A DNA stretch of 64,000 bases, taken from the IMG/VR virus record IMGVR_UViG_3300013094_000037, positions 5,157-69,156 of that record. The stretch is one strand, 5' to 3'. The stretch is from a virus. The stretch's first letter is position 1, and every line of letters begins with the position of its first letter. Shown here piece by piece: positions 22,201 through 31,414 of the stretch. The position numbers and the translations under genes are program-made. A model generated the notes under the pieces. It was given only the letters and a program-made list of their open reading frames with translations. It searched no databases and was not told the origin of the DNA.

Positions 22201-24653
22201 AAGAACTCACCAGTATTGCCTGTAACAGTATAAGATGTTACGTTGCCTGTGAAGTTGATGTTACCAGTAACAGTCAAACCACCATTAATTGTTACGTTAC
22301 CTGTAACAGTGCCACCAGATGTTGATAGTTTACTATTTGCAGTAAAGAATGCAGAATTTGCATATGAACCTGCTGAGTTTGCCGCAGAGAATGCAGAATT
22401 TGCATAAGAACCGGTGGTATTTTGAGACTGATAAGAAGCGTTTGCTTGTATAAATGCACCGTTAGCATACAATGAAGCACTATTGGCTTGACCATAAGAT
22501 GCATTTGCTTGACCAAATGCACCATTAGCATAAGTAGCAGCACTGGTGATGTTTGCAGTTAGTGTGTTAGCAAATGTAAAAGCGCTATTAGCTTGAACAA
22601 ATGCACCGTTAGCATATGTGGCTGCACTGGTAATATTAGCGGTTAATGTATTAGCAAATGTGAAAGCGGCATTGGCCTGTACAAAAGAACCATTAGCATA
22701 TGTGGCTGCACTGGTGATATTAGCACTTAATGTATTGGCAAATGAGTATGAACTATTGGCTTGAATAAATGCAGCATTTGCGGTTGCTCTAGCATATCCA
22801 TCGATAGAACTAGAAACCAATGTATTTGCTAGTTGATATACGGCGTTAGCCTGTGCAAATGCACCGTTAGCATATGTGGCTGCACTGGTAATATTAGCAG
22901 TTAGTGTGTTAGCAAATGTAAACGATGCATTCGCTTGTGTGTATGCTGAATTGGCTTCAATGAATGCACTATTAGCATAAGAAGCTGCGCCAGAAATATT
23001 AGCACTTAGTGTGTTTGCATAACCATAAGCAGAATTAGCCTGTAAGAATGCTCCATTTGCCTGCACAAAAGCACCATTGGATTGCAGGAAAGCAACATTG
23101 GCTTGTACAAAAGCACCATTAGCATATGTGGCAGCACTTGTAATGTTTGCTGTTAGAGTGTTTGCAAACGTGAATGCGCCGTTAGCCTGTGTGAAAGCAC
23201 CATTAGCATATACAGATGCACTTGTAATATTAGCAGTTAAGGTATTTGCAAAAGTAAATGCTGCATTAGCTTGTACAAATGCCGCAGTCGCATTCAATGA
23301 TGCGGAATTTGCTACTGTGAATGCCGCATTGGCATAAGTTCCTGTAGTAACTTGAGAATTGTATGCCGTATTCGCTTGAGTAAATGCACCATTTGCATAT
23401 ACGCCTGAAGAATTTGCTGCTGAGAATGCTGAATTGATGTTTGTGTTTTGTGACGCATCAACTCCTTGCAGCAAAATTGTATTTGATTGTGCACTGATAG
23501 CAACTGTATTAATTGTATTTGCAACACCAAAAATTACATTTGCTTGTGCATACGCAGAGTTTGCCTGTAAGAAAGCAGCATTAGCAGTTGCTCTCGCATA
23601 ATTGTCGGTTGAACCTGCTGATAATGTATTTGCCAATGCATAAGCCGCATTTGCCTGAGCGAACGAACCATTAGCATATACTGATGCAGAATTTGCAACA
23701 GAAAAAGCAGCATTTGCGTAGACACCACCAGATGCCAAAGTATTAGCATAAGCATATGCTGAATTTGACTGTACGAATGCACCATTAGCATATGTGGCTG
23801 CACTGGTAATATTAGCGGTATGAGTATTTGCTAATGTATATACAGCATTAGCTTGGACGAAAGCACCATTGGCTTGCACAAAAGCACCGTTAGCAGCTAT
23901 GAATGCTGCATTAGCGGTTGACCTAGCAACGTTGTCTGCTGGACTTAGTGTGTTTGCATATTGAAAAACTGCATTTGCCTGAATGAAAGCAGCATTTGCT
24001 TGGATGTATGATGCGTTTGCTGTTGCTCTTGCAACGTTATCAATTGGTCCAGCAGCAATAGTATTTGCAAGATTGAATGCTGCATTTGCTTGTACAAAGG
24101 CACCATTTGCATAAGAACCAGTATTGGTTGCATAGATTAATGCCAAAGCGGCTTGAGCCAATGCGGTATTTGCTGAACCACTAGCCACATTAGCCGCAGC
24201 ATAAGCAGAAGTTCCTTGATTATATGCAACATTAGCCTGTATAAAACTGGAGTTAGCTTCAATGAATGCACCATTAGCATACAAAGCGGCACTATTAGCC
24301 TGTGCAAATGCAGGTAGAGCATAATTTGCGGAAGCATATGCCAAGTTTGCTTGTAGAAAAGCCGCATTTGCACTATTTTGTGCAACTTGAACTGCAATGG
24401 CTGCACCTACGGCTGTTGATTGTGCGCCTATTGCTGTAGTATTTGCGGAGATTGCAATTGCTAGTCCTGTATTTGCAGTATTGAATGCGGCATTAGCAAA
24501 AGCCAATGAAGAAACGTAGTGACCACCTGCTGTAACACCATCGTGAATTGTAACTACGTTTTGGTCCGTATCAACGGTAACCTCAGCAACAGCACCAGTA
24601 AATACCGCTGTTTGCGCTGTGTTGCCTCTTCTTAATTGTAATTGCGTTGACAT
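19203..24653 (-). CDS. Giant fibre/whisker-like protein: Mtd-N-like anchor domain, long Ala/Asn heptad coiled coil, C-terminal beta domain
   Basis: N-terminus QLRRGNTAQTAVFTGAVAEVTVDTD...HDGVTAGG resembles the major tropism determinant N-terminal domain; repeated ANGAFVQANAAFTFANTLTANITSAATY. Confidence 0.75.
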   Translation of the reverse strand: MSTQLQLRRGNTAQTAVFTGAVAEVTVDTDQNVVTIHDGVTAGGHYVSSLAFANAAFNTANTGLAIAISANTTAIGAQSTAVGAAIAVQVAQNSANAAFLQANLAYASANYALPAFAQANSAALYANGAFIEANSSFIQANVAYNQGTSAYAAANVASGSANTALAQAALALIYATNTGSYANGAFVQANAAFNLANTIAAGPIDNVARATANASYIQANAAFIQANAVFQYANTLSPADNVARSTANAAFIAANGAFVQANGAFVQANAVYTLANTHTANITSAATYANGAFVQSNSAYAYANTLASGGVYANAAFSVANSASVYANGSFAQANAAYALANTLSAGSTDNYARATANAAFLQANSAYAQANVIFGVANTINTVAISAQSNTILLQGVDASQNTNINSAFSAANSSGVYANGAFTQANTAYNSQVTTGTYANAAFTVANSASLNATAAFVQANAAFTFANTLTANITSASVYANGAFTQANGAFTFANTLTANITSAATYANGAFVQANVAFLQSNGAFVQANGAFLQANSAYGYANTLSANISGAASYANSAFIEANSAYTQANASFTFANTLTANITSAATYANGAFAQANAVYQLANTLVSSSIDGYARATANAAFIQANSSYSFANTLSANITSAATYANGSFVQANAAFTFANTLTANITSAATYANGAFVQANSAFTFANTLTANITSAATYANGAFGQANASYGQANSASLYANGAFIQANASYQSQNTTGSYANSAFSAANSAGSYANSAFFTANSKLSTSGGTVTGNVTINGGLTVTGNINFTGNVTSYTVTGNTGEFFGYASNGFNALYAGIPTGFLVEPQTVTQFTSNYNGYAGLNMQNINSGNNASFDIFITPDNGTPNDTFLDLGMGSSTYAYPGYTMIGPNDGYLIAYGNTSTGGGNMIIATGAPNDIIFTANGVNKENEVARFKNNVGLVMKNLPIIFADASTQNTAAAPFAYSNVIYVQANSAYTQANAAFIQSNAAFGVANSGASYANSGFSVANSAATYANGAFVQANAVYTLANTHTTTISSAATYANGAFVQANGAFGQANSAASYANSAFTTANNALPNTGSTITTTGTARVVIPNATQSSSAATGALTVSGGLGVAGNVFSTGIINVNYTGSVGNQNTATVLGSSNTKGGIGYSDFLLATNYSAGANNINKYFRLDSNGQLQIINSAYNNNIFNLNDTGVFTVPYFSGVTLLPGGGGVITFADGTTQSTSASVSATDQAARNIANAAFLQANGAFAQANGSFGQANSAALYANGAFIQANASYGFANTLTANITSAATYANGAFTFANTLTANITSAATYANGAFVQANAAFTFANTLTANITSAATYANGAFTQANTATNNAAGASLYANGAFVQANAVYTLANTHTDNITSAATYANGAFVQANAVYALANTTSNTGTAAFIQANSAYTQANTATNNAAGASQYANSAFGYANSAYTQANTATTNALAASTYANAAYTQANTATTNASAASSYANSAFTQANTATTNASAASSYANSAFLQSNGAFIQANSAYAKANTAVTSVSGTSGQISSTGGTTPTVALVTTAVTAGTYGGSTAIPVITIDAYGRATSAANASISTSISLSGNSGSGSVSGGGTLTVSGGTAISTSVSGSTITVNNTGVASFNTRTGAVTLSSSDVTTALGYTPLSTTGNTVSGSYTGATTFSAANINATNGSVTFSRSTNQTVTSSTTQTAVDTFTATTYRSAKYIAQMTSAGTYHVIELLLMQNASSAYIIEYGEIFTGSSLGSFDASVSGGTVSLLFTAATANSTTINIVRDAISV
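19229..19236 (-). promoter_or_regulatory. Perfect late promoter TATAAATA upstream of the oxygenase-glycosyltransferase pair
   Basis: Exact T4 late consensus 43 nt upstream of the oxygenase ATG, with a GAGG RBS in between. Confidence 0.7.
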
Positions 24654-24682
24654 TATTGAACCTTAATTCTTAGAATACTCTG

Positions 24683-24690
24683 TATTTATT
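24683..24690 (-). promoter_or_regulatory. Late promoter (AATAAATA)
   Basis: TAAATA core about 30 nt upstream of the 1816-aa gene. Confidence 0.6.
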
Positions 24691-25486
24691 AAACGTATCC
24701 ATAATCATATACCAGTGTGACTGCCGATGCATCGTATCCCATGTCATAAAATACTGTTGCGGGATCCAAATCAAAGCCCAAACTTCCAGATGGGAAAGGA
24801 AGTTCTAATCTGGTAAGCAAATTTCTAATGTAGGTAACATTTGTTCCCACATATAGTGGAGTATAATACACCACAATGATATTATTTATCAGAGCAGCAT
24901 TGAAATTACCAAGTGGAAAATTATTATATGTTACATTGTATGGTGTTATTACGACTCCGGTATCCGTATTTACAACATTTAAATTCAAGACTTCAAAGTT
25001 ACCATCACTTTCAATTTGAATTTGATAGAAAGCACTTCTATATGTTAGACCTGAAAAAGAATCTATTGTATATGTTGTGTTTGCGTTACTTAGAAAAGAA
25101 GTGTTTGATGTAACTTCAGAGATGTTACTTATACTATAACCTTCAAAGCCCAAAATACCTGTTTGTGGAACATAGGTTAGATTTGGACTTGATGTATATA
25201 AGTTATTTGCTACACCAGATGTGCTGTATGTAAAGTTAATGAAGCCGGTAACATCTGAGGTGTTATCGTTAATGATGTTGACATTTGCAGAACCACCGCC
25301 ACCATTACCAGTATTTGCACCAGAATAACCTACAAATATTGTAGATGCTTGTACACGTTCTTCATTTACTGGATTAACAATAGCCGCAGAAATGGCTGCG
25401 TTTTGAGAGAAATTAGCATTGAACTTCTGATTTCCCCCAACGCTTACATTGATTGGGCTAGGTCTTGATACGGTAACGATTGGCAT
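24689..25486 (-). CDS. Putative virion structural protein (265 aa)
   Basis: Carries an IDSF...YRSAxY domain shared with the C-terminus of the adjacent 1816-aa protein. Confidence 0.7.
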   Translation of the reverse strand: MPIVTVSRPSPINVSVGGNQKFNANFSQNAAISAAIVNPVNEERVQASTIFVGYSGANTGNGGGGSANVNIINDNTSDVTGFINFTYSTSGVANNLYTSSPNLTYVPQTGILGFEGYSISNISEVTSNTSFLSNANTTYTIDSFSGLTYRSAFYQIQIESDGNFEVLNLNVVNTDTGVVITPYNVTYNNFPLGNFNAALINNIIVVYYTPLYVGTNVTYIRNLLTRLELPFPSGSLGFDLDPATVFYDMGYDASAVTLVYDYGYV

Positions 25487-25851
25487 TATGCATCAGTACC
25501 ATATGCTGTCGTAATGTTTGTTACACCTGGAGATACATAAACTTGTCCTTCCAGTACACGGGTTACCGCACCATATGGGTCGGTAATGATAACGTCATAG
25601 ACATAATTGCCGTATGGAATAGTTGATGTGGTACCAGATGGTAAAGATAAAGTTACAATACCGTTTACCGCATTTGCAACTGTTGCTGTGAATTGAAATG
25701 CAACATTGGAAGAAATATATGATTTTTTAGCCTGACTGTTTATGGTAAAAGCAGTCAGGTTGTATGGATTACCATATGAATCTGTCAATGTCAACTGATT
25801 GGTAAATGTGGTACCTTGTTCCAGATATTGGTCTGTATAACTTGCGGCCAT
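25486..25851 (-). CDS. Putative virion structural protein (121 aa, Ig-like/BppU-N-like)
   Basis: LEQGTTF...YVYDVIIT...RVLEGQVYVSPGVT pattern typical of this small T4-like structural family. Confidence 0.7.
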   Translation of the reverse strand: MAASYTDQYLEQGTTFTNQLTLTDSYGNPYNLTAFTINSQAKKSYISSNVAFQFTATVANAVNGIVTLSLPSGTTSTIPYGNYVYDVIITDPYGAVTRVLEGQVYVSPGVTNITTAYGTDA

Positions 25852-25852
25852 T

Positions 25853-28800
25853 TTATTTACCTTTCTTTAGTTCGTCAATTTCAGCTTTCAATTCTTTGAT
25901 GGCTTCAATCAATAAACCAACAACGTTACCATATGCAACAGATAATGTTTTGTCATCATCGTCATTTTCAACAACAACTTCAGGAAGAACTTCACGAATT
26001 TCTTGTGCGATAACACCGATGCCATTAGCACCATCTTTTTCATATGTAACACCACGCAATTTCAATGTCTTGTCCAACGCATTTTCAATAGTCTTAACAT
26101 TGAATTTCAATCTTGCATCAGAGAAAGCAGTAATACTTCCAGAAGCGGTCAATGTACCGTTGCTTGGATTAATTATAAGTGTGCTATTTCCATATACGCT
26201 GTTACCACTACCCCAAAGTACTTGATATGTGGAGTTTGAACCATTGTTGTAGTTGATACCAACTGTGCTTGAGTAACTTGCATTAGTTGCATTCGTTGCA
26301 GAACTAGCAGAGCCAGCAGAAGTTGCATAACCAGCAGAACCAGCGGAAGATGCATATCCAGCATTACCACTAATACTAATGTTGTATGTACCACCGCTGT
26401 TATTTTGGATGTAACCAGGACCATTGGAGAATGAACTCAAGTCTGTTGGTCTACCACTTACGCTAGTCCATGCAACACTGCCAGCAGAAGATGCATAACC
26501 AACACTCAATGATGCTGTGTGATAGGTACGCAAGTAACTGTCTGAACCATTGGTACCCCAAACTCTATCAGGACTTGAGTAATTGTTTTCATCACCAGAA
26601 CTGGAGTTGATATAACCAGTTTGTAGATAACCACTACCATCGGTACGAACGATTTGGTTTGCACCGTTGTTACGACCAGTCGCAACAGACAAACCACCAG
26701 CCGTAGAAGCATTACCTGAAATATTGATACCGTATGTGCCACCATCACTATACACGAAGTTTGATGGCTTGCTTACTAGATTGCCCCAGTTAACTTGCAA
26801 ATTAGGTGCATAACCACTTAGACCAGCACCAGAACCATTGAATTGTGCGTTGGTATTGATGCTACCATATGCGGTAATATTGCCGGCGGCAATGTAAGAA
26901 CCGTCTGTACCCCATAGGTGGTGAATACCATCATTGGTTGCACGAATAGACATGTAATCAACTGCTGTTCCAGATGGTGTAGCAATTGTTGATCCGGTGC
27001 CATTATCACCAACATAGTGTGCCAATTCAGACAAGTCTGAAGCCAAATCATTCTTAACAATGTATGTTGTGTCGGTGTTATCACCTGGAGCTTTTAAGTA
27101 TACAACACCATCAAATTCAGCATTACCAGTAATGGTCAAACCGGCGTGTGTTACACCGTTGCCTGTGCCCAAGTTTTGGTTAATGGTATATGCAGTGATG
27201 TTGTAAGCAGTACCAGATATAGAAGCACCACTTGTGATGAAACCTTGGCTGTTCACATATGACTGTGTTGCATAACCATTCAATGCAGAAGATGTAATGT
27301 ATCCTGCATTATTTGTGAATACAGTAATGTTTGCACCAGAAGAAACATAGCTTGCTGGATTGCTTGAGTTATATGGTGTGTAACCCAACGCATTTGTAAC
27401 ATTTGCTGATGTAATTCCGCTGATGTAACCATTTGGATTACTTGAGTTATATGGTGTGTAACCCAACGCATTTGTAACTTGGCTAGATGAAATTGTACCA
27501 CCATATTGACCACTCAAACCTGCACCAGAACCATAGAATGTTCCGTTGATTGTAAAATTACCTGAACCATCTAAACGTGCAATGGTTGTGCCTGCGGCAG
27601 AAGATGTCGCACCGGTAGTCCAATACCAATTAGAACCACTTGTGGAATCAAAATAGGTGTTGTCATCGGTCCAAATGTGTAACTGTGCATTATCATAAAT
27701 TTTTGAACCACCATTTGCACCAATATTACCCCAATACACAGCAAGACCTGTCTGTGCACCCATGTATTGGTTGCCAGTCAAGGTCATACCAGCAAATGAA
27801 GGTGCATTACCAGTACCAACACTTTGGTTGATAGTGTAAGAAGTGATGTTTGAAGCATTGCCAGAAATGTTACCACTAACTTGTGAGCCAGGTACTGCAT
27901 TTGCAGAGTTTGTTGGTGTATAACCCAATGCAGTAGTAACTTGGCTTGATGTAATGGAACTAACAGCACCAGCAGTTAATGAAGATGCTGTACCAGTTAG
28001 ACCTGAACCAGAACCACTAAATGTGCCTGCTGTAATTGTACCTGTTGCACCAATTGTTGTAGATTGGATATTTGCATACAATGTTGCATAGTTTGCACTT
28101 GTAATCGTACCAATACTTGCTGAAGTAGGAATTGTGGTTACGCCTTGATACAAATAATAATTTGCACCAGCTTTTCTTACAAGACCTGTATATGAAGAAT
28201 TGGTTGGGTTTACATAGTTATATTGACCATAGAAGCCAATATCAACTGAGTCACCGGTATTGTTAGCAGCAAGTTCTAGCAATGAACTGGTAGATTGAAT
28301 TGTTGCAGGTTGAATGAATGTTGAAGTACCGCTAACAACCAAGTTACCAGCAATCGTAACAGTTTTTCCTACAGCAACGTTACCAGTAATGGTTGTGTCA
28401 CCGCTAATGGTACCACCAGATGTTACTAATGTTTTACCTACGTTTGCTGCGGTGAATGCAGAGTTTGCCTGAAGGTATGCTGCATTAGCTTGTGTGAAAG
28501 CAGGTTGTGCATACAGACCAGCATTGTTTGCTTGTGCATATGCCGCATTGGCTTGAGCAAAAGCACCGTTAGCGTATATGCCACCAGCGTTTGCGGTGTT
28601 CAATGCTGTGTTTGCTTGAGAATATGCTGCGTTAGCCTGAATGAATGCACCAGTTGTAACTATGCTTGCAGGTACAGTTGTTGTACTTGTAGAAGTTGTG
28701 CTTGTGCTAATCATATTCGCAGTCATAATCTGCGAGAATTGTGTTAGGCTGTTTGGATTATTAACGTCTAGAATAGACCAATAGTTATTGGTGTTACTCC

Positions 28801-31192
28801 ATTGAATTGTAGCATTTGGAGCCTGACCTCTATTAACAGCAAAAGATGCTATTGTAGAGATTGGAGAACCAGCAGACAATGTAAAAGTTGTTCCGTTATA
28901 AACGGTTGAACCATTAATTACAAAGTTACCAGCAAGACTTAGGTTGTTTGCACTAACTTGGTTAAAGTATGCAGTACCAGAGTTGTTGTTATTTGCATTA
29001 ATTGTTGTGACAGTCAATGATGGTGTTGTTACACTGTTGTTTGCATTAACGTATGAAACGTATGAGTTGCCTGTTACACTTTGACCAACAGATTGAATTG
29101 CTGCATTTGCAACCAATGCATTGACATAAGAAGTTCCAGATAAACTAGAAACGTTTGCAACAATATTATTTGTTGTTAATGTTCCGGTTAGTGCATTAAT
29201 GTTGCTATAAACTGTTAGGTTTGAACCAACTTGTACAGTATTATTTGAAACTAATGCGTTAACAGTTGAAGTACCACCAGTCCATGTTGCACCATTTGCA
29301 CTTACGGTATTAACGTAAGATGGTCCAGAAACACTTAATGTGTATGCATTTGCAACAGAAGTGTTTGAAGATGTGTTTGCCTGGATTGTATTGTAAGACA
29401 ATGTAGAACCAGAAATTGCAGTAGCAACCACATTTGGTGATGTAATCAATGTGTTTGCAACCAATGTATTTGCGGTTACAGATGTATTGGCTTGAACTGA
29501 ACCAATGTATGCTGCACCACCAGAAATTGCAGTAGCAACAACATTAGGTGTAGTAATAGATGTGTTTGCTATAATTGTTCCAGTCAACACGCTTGTATTG
29601 GCTTGGAGTGTACCAGTTACTACAGAAGTGTTAGCTTGAACTGTACCGATGTATGCCGCACCACCAGAGATTGCAGTAGCAACCAAGTTTGCAGTATTAA
29701 CCAATGTGTTTGCTGTAACAGTTCCTGTTGTAACTGCCGTATTCGCTTGCAAGTTATTGGTGAAAACAGTATTGTTTGCTTGTAAAGAAGCTGTAACAAC
29801 AGTTGTGTTAGCTAATACATTATTGGTAAAGATATTGTTGTTAGCTTGTAAGTAACCTGTAACAATGCTATTATTTGCTTGAATAGAAGCAGTCAACACA
29901 GAAGTATTGGCTTGAATCAAATTGTGATAAGCAAATGGACCAGAAACGGAAGTTGCAACCACATTTGGTGATGTGATTAATGTATTTGCAGTAAGTGTGG
30001 TTGTTGTAACACTTGTATTTGCTTGTACGTTATTAATGTATGCGTTTGCACCAGAAATTGCAGTAGCAACCAAGTTTGCTGTGTTAACCAATGTATTTGC
30101 TTGGACTGTAGCAGTTGTTACTACAGTATTTGCCAATAGGTTATTGGTGTATACATTATTGTTTGCTTGTAAAGAAGCGGTAACAACAGTCGTATTAGCC
30201 AACAAATTGTTGGTGTAAGTATTAGTATTTGCCTGTAGAACACCAGTAACAACTGTATTGTTTGCAACCAATGTTGCTGTATATGTATTGGTATTAGCTT
30301 GCAGAACGCCAGTAACTACAGTCGTATTAGCCAATAAGTTATTGGTATATGTGTTTGTATTAGCCTGAAGCACACCAGTAACCACGGTGGTGTTAGCCAA
30401 CAGGTTATTAGTGTAAGTATTAGTATTTGCTTGCAACACACCAGTGACAACGGTGGTGTTAGCCAAGAGGTTGTTTGTATATGTGTTGGTGTTTGCTTGT
30501 AGAACACCAGTAACAACTGTTGTATTTGCTACAACGTTACTTGTGTAAAGATTTGTATTTGCTTGTAAGAAACCAGTAACGATGTTTACGTTAGACTGCA
30601 ATGTGTTTGTGATTACACTAACGTTTGCTTGAACACCAGATGCAAATACATTATAATTGATAGATGCACTTGCAGAACCAATAATGTTGTTTGTTACATA
30701 TAGTGTGTTTGCAATGTTGGTGTTACCTGCAATCCAAGTATTTCCAGATATCCATGTATTACCAGTTACGCTAATGTATCCAGTAGCAACTGTGTTACCA
30801 GAAATATACAGAGCAGGAGTACCAGTGTTTGCAATCCAAACAGATGCATTCATGTATGATTGACCACCAACATACATACTCACGTTTGCATTGTTGATTG
30901 TGTTCAAGTATAGAGAACCACCTTGACCGCCACCTTGGATTGTAGGTCCAACTGTCAAGTTATATTGAACATAACCAGAAGAACCGACACCTTGAACTTG
31001 AAGTGCACCAGAAATTAATGCATTATTGGCAACAGTTACACCGTAACCAGTACCATTAAGATTCAATGTGCCTGATGGTTTGGTATAGTTTAAGAAGCCT
31101 AAGGTGTTAAGTTCACCTGATTGTGCTATACTTGAAGCAATTAAATCACCAAAAGTATTTGCATAACTTACGACTGGAACGGTATTTGCCAT
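25853..31192 (-). CDS. Long tail fibre with 11/22-aa repeats and S74 chaperone
   Basis: Repeated LQANTNTYTNNLLANTTVVTGV; ALGYTP repeats; ITAFSDARLKFNV...[17 protein letters not shown]. Confidence 0.85.
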   Translation of the reverse strand: MANTVPVVSYANTFGDLIASSIAQSGELNTLGFLNYTKPSGTLNLNGTGYGVTVANNALISGALQVQGVGSSGYVQYNLTVGPTIQGGGQGGSLYLNTINNANVSMYVGGQSYMNASVWIANTGTPALYISGNTVATGYISVTGNTWISGNTWIAGNTNIANTLYVTNNIIGSASASINYNVFASGVQANVSVITNTLQSNVNIVTGFLQANTNLYTSNVVANTTVVTGVLQANTNTYTNNLLANTTVVTGVLQANTNTYTNNLLANTTVVTGVLQANTNTYTNNLLANTTVVTGVLQANTNTYTATLVANNTVVTGVLQANTNTYTNNLLANTTVVTASLQANNNVYTNNLLANTVVTTATVQANTLVNTANLVATAISGANAYINNVQANTSVTTTTLTANTLITSPNVVATSVSGPFAYHNLIQANTSVLTASIQANNSIVTGYLQANNNIFTNNVLANTTVVTASLQANNTVFTNNLQANTAVTTGTVTANTLVNTANLVATAISGGAAYIGTVQANTSVVTGTLQANTSVLTGTIIANTSITTPNVVATAISGGAAYIGSVQANTSVTANTLVANTLITSPNVVATAISGSTLSYNTIQANTSSNTSVANAYTLSVSGPSYVNTVSANGATWTGGTSTVNALVSNNTVQVGSNLTVYSNINALTGTLTTNNIVANVSSLSGTSYVNALVANAAIQSVGQSVTGNSYVSYVNANNSVTTPSLTVTTINANNNNSGTAYFNQVSANNLSLAGNFVINGSTVYNGTTFTLSAGSPISTIASFAVNRGQAPNATIQWSNTNNYWSILDVNNPNSLTQFSQIMTANMISTSTTSTSTTTVPASIVTTGAFIQANAAYSQANTALNTANAGGIYANGAFAQANAAYAQANNAGLYAQPAFTQANAAYLQANSAFTAANVGKTLVTSGGTISGDTTITGNVAVGKTVTIAGNLVVSGTSTFIQPATIQSTSSLLELAANNTGDSVDIGFYGQYNYVNPTNSSYTGLVRKAGANYYLYQGVTTIPTSASIGTITSANYATLYANIQSTTIGATGTITAGTFSGSGSGLTGTASSLTAGAVSSITSSQVTTALGYTPTNSANAVPGSQVSGNISGNASNITSYTINQSVGTGNAPSFAGMTLTGNQYMGAQTGLAVYWGNIGANGGSKIYDNAQLHIWTDDNTYFDSTSGSNWYWTTGATSSAAGTTIARLDGSGNFTINGTFYGSGAGLSGQYGGTISSSQVTNALGYTPYNSSNPNGYISGITSANVTNALGYTPYNSSNPASYVSSGANITVFTNNAGYITSSALNGYATQSYVNSQGFITSGASISGTAYNITAYTINQNLGTGNGVTHAGLTITGNAEFDGVVYLKAPGDNTDTTYIVKNDLASDLSELAHYVGDNGTGSTIATPSGTAVDYMSIRATNDGIHHLWGTDGSYIAAGNITAYGSINTNAQFNGSGAGLSGYAPNLQVNWGNLVSKPSNFVYSDGGTYGINISGNASTAGGLSVATGRNNGANQIVRTDGSGYLQTGYINSSSGDENNYSSPDRVWGTNGSDSYLRTYHTASLSVGYASSAGSVAWTSVSGRPTDLSSFSNGPGYIQNNSGGTYNISISGNAGYASSAGSAGYATSAGSASSATNATNASYSSTVGINYNNGSNSTYQVLWGSGNSVYGNSTLIINPSNGTLTASGSITAFSDARLKFNVKTIENALDKTLKLRGVTYEKDGANGIGVIAQEIREVLPEVVVENDDDDKTLSVAYGNVVGLLIEAIKELKAEIDELKKGK
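27363..27478. repeat. 38-bp perfect direct repeat (27363-27400 and 27441-27478) encoding VTNALGYTPYNSS
   Basis: cttgagttatatggtgtgtaacccaacgcatttgtaac occurs twice with a 78-bp period. Confidence 0.85.
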
Positions 31193-31413
31193 TAGATTTT
31201 ACCTATTAATTGTTGTAGCAATGTCTTGATTTCGCCAACATCATTTTTGATGTCCTCTATCTCCGACTTTACTTTATTTATTTCTTCTTTTTGGACTTTT
31301 ACCATTCTAAGCTTAGCCTGATAATCATTTTTTTGAGTGTTATCAATCGGCAAAAGAGCCATACTATTGGTATCTCTCATCAAATTTGTATTAGGAATTC
31401 TAACTAAAGCCAT
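31192..31413 (-). CDS. Small coiled-coil hypothetical protein (73 aa)
   Basis: LMRDTNSMALL motif plus a C-terminal heptad pattern; tightly coupled to both neighbours. Confidence 0.75.
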   Translation of the reverse strand: MALVRIPNTNLMRDTNSMALLPIDNTQKNDYQAKLRMVKVQKEEINKVKSEIEDIKNDVGEIKTLLQQLIGKI

Positions 31414-31414
31414 A

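Noticed and set aside
24500-24653. Mtd-like domain suggesting a diversity-generating retroelement
   Set aside because: Only the N-terminal anchor domain is similar. No reverse transcriptase is present and no adenine-specific TR/VR repeat pair was noticed in the window.
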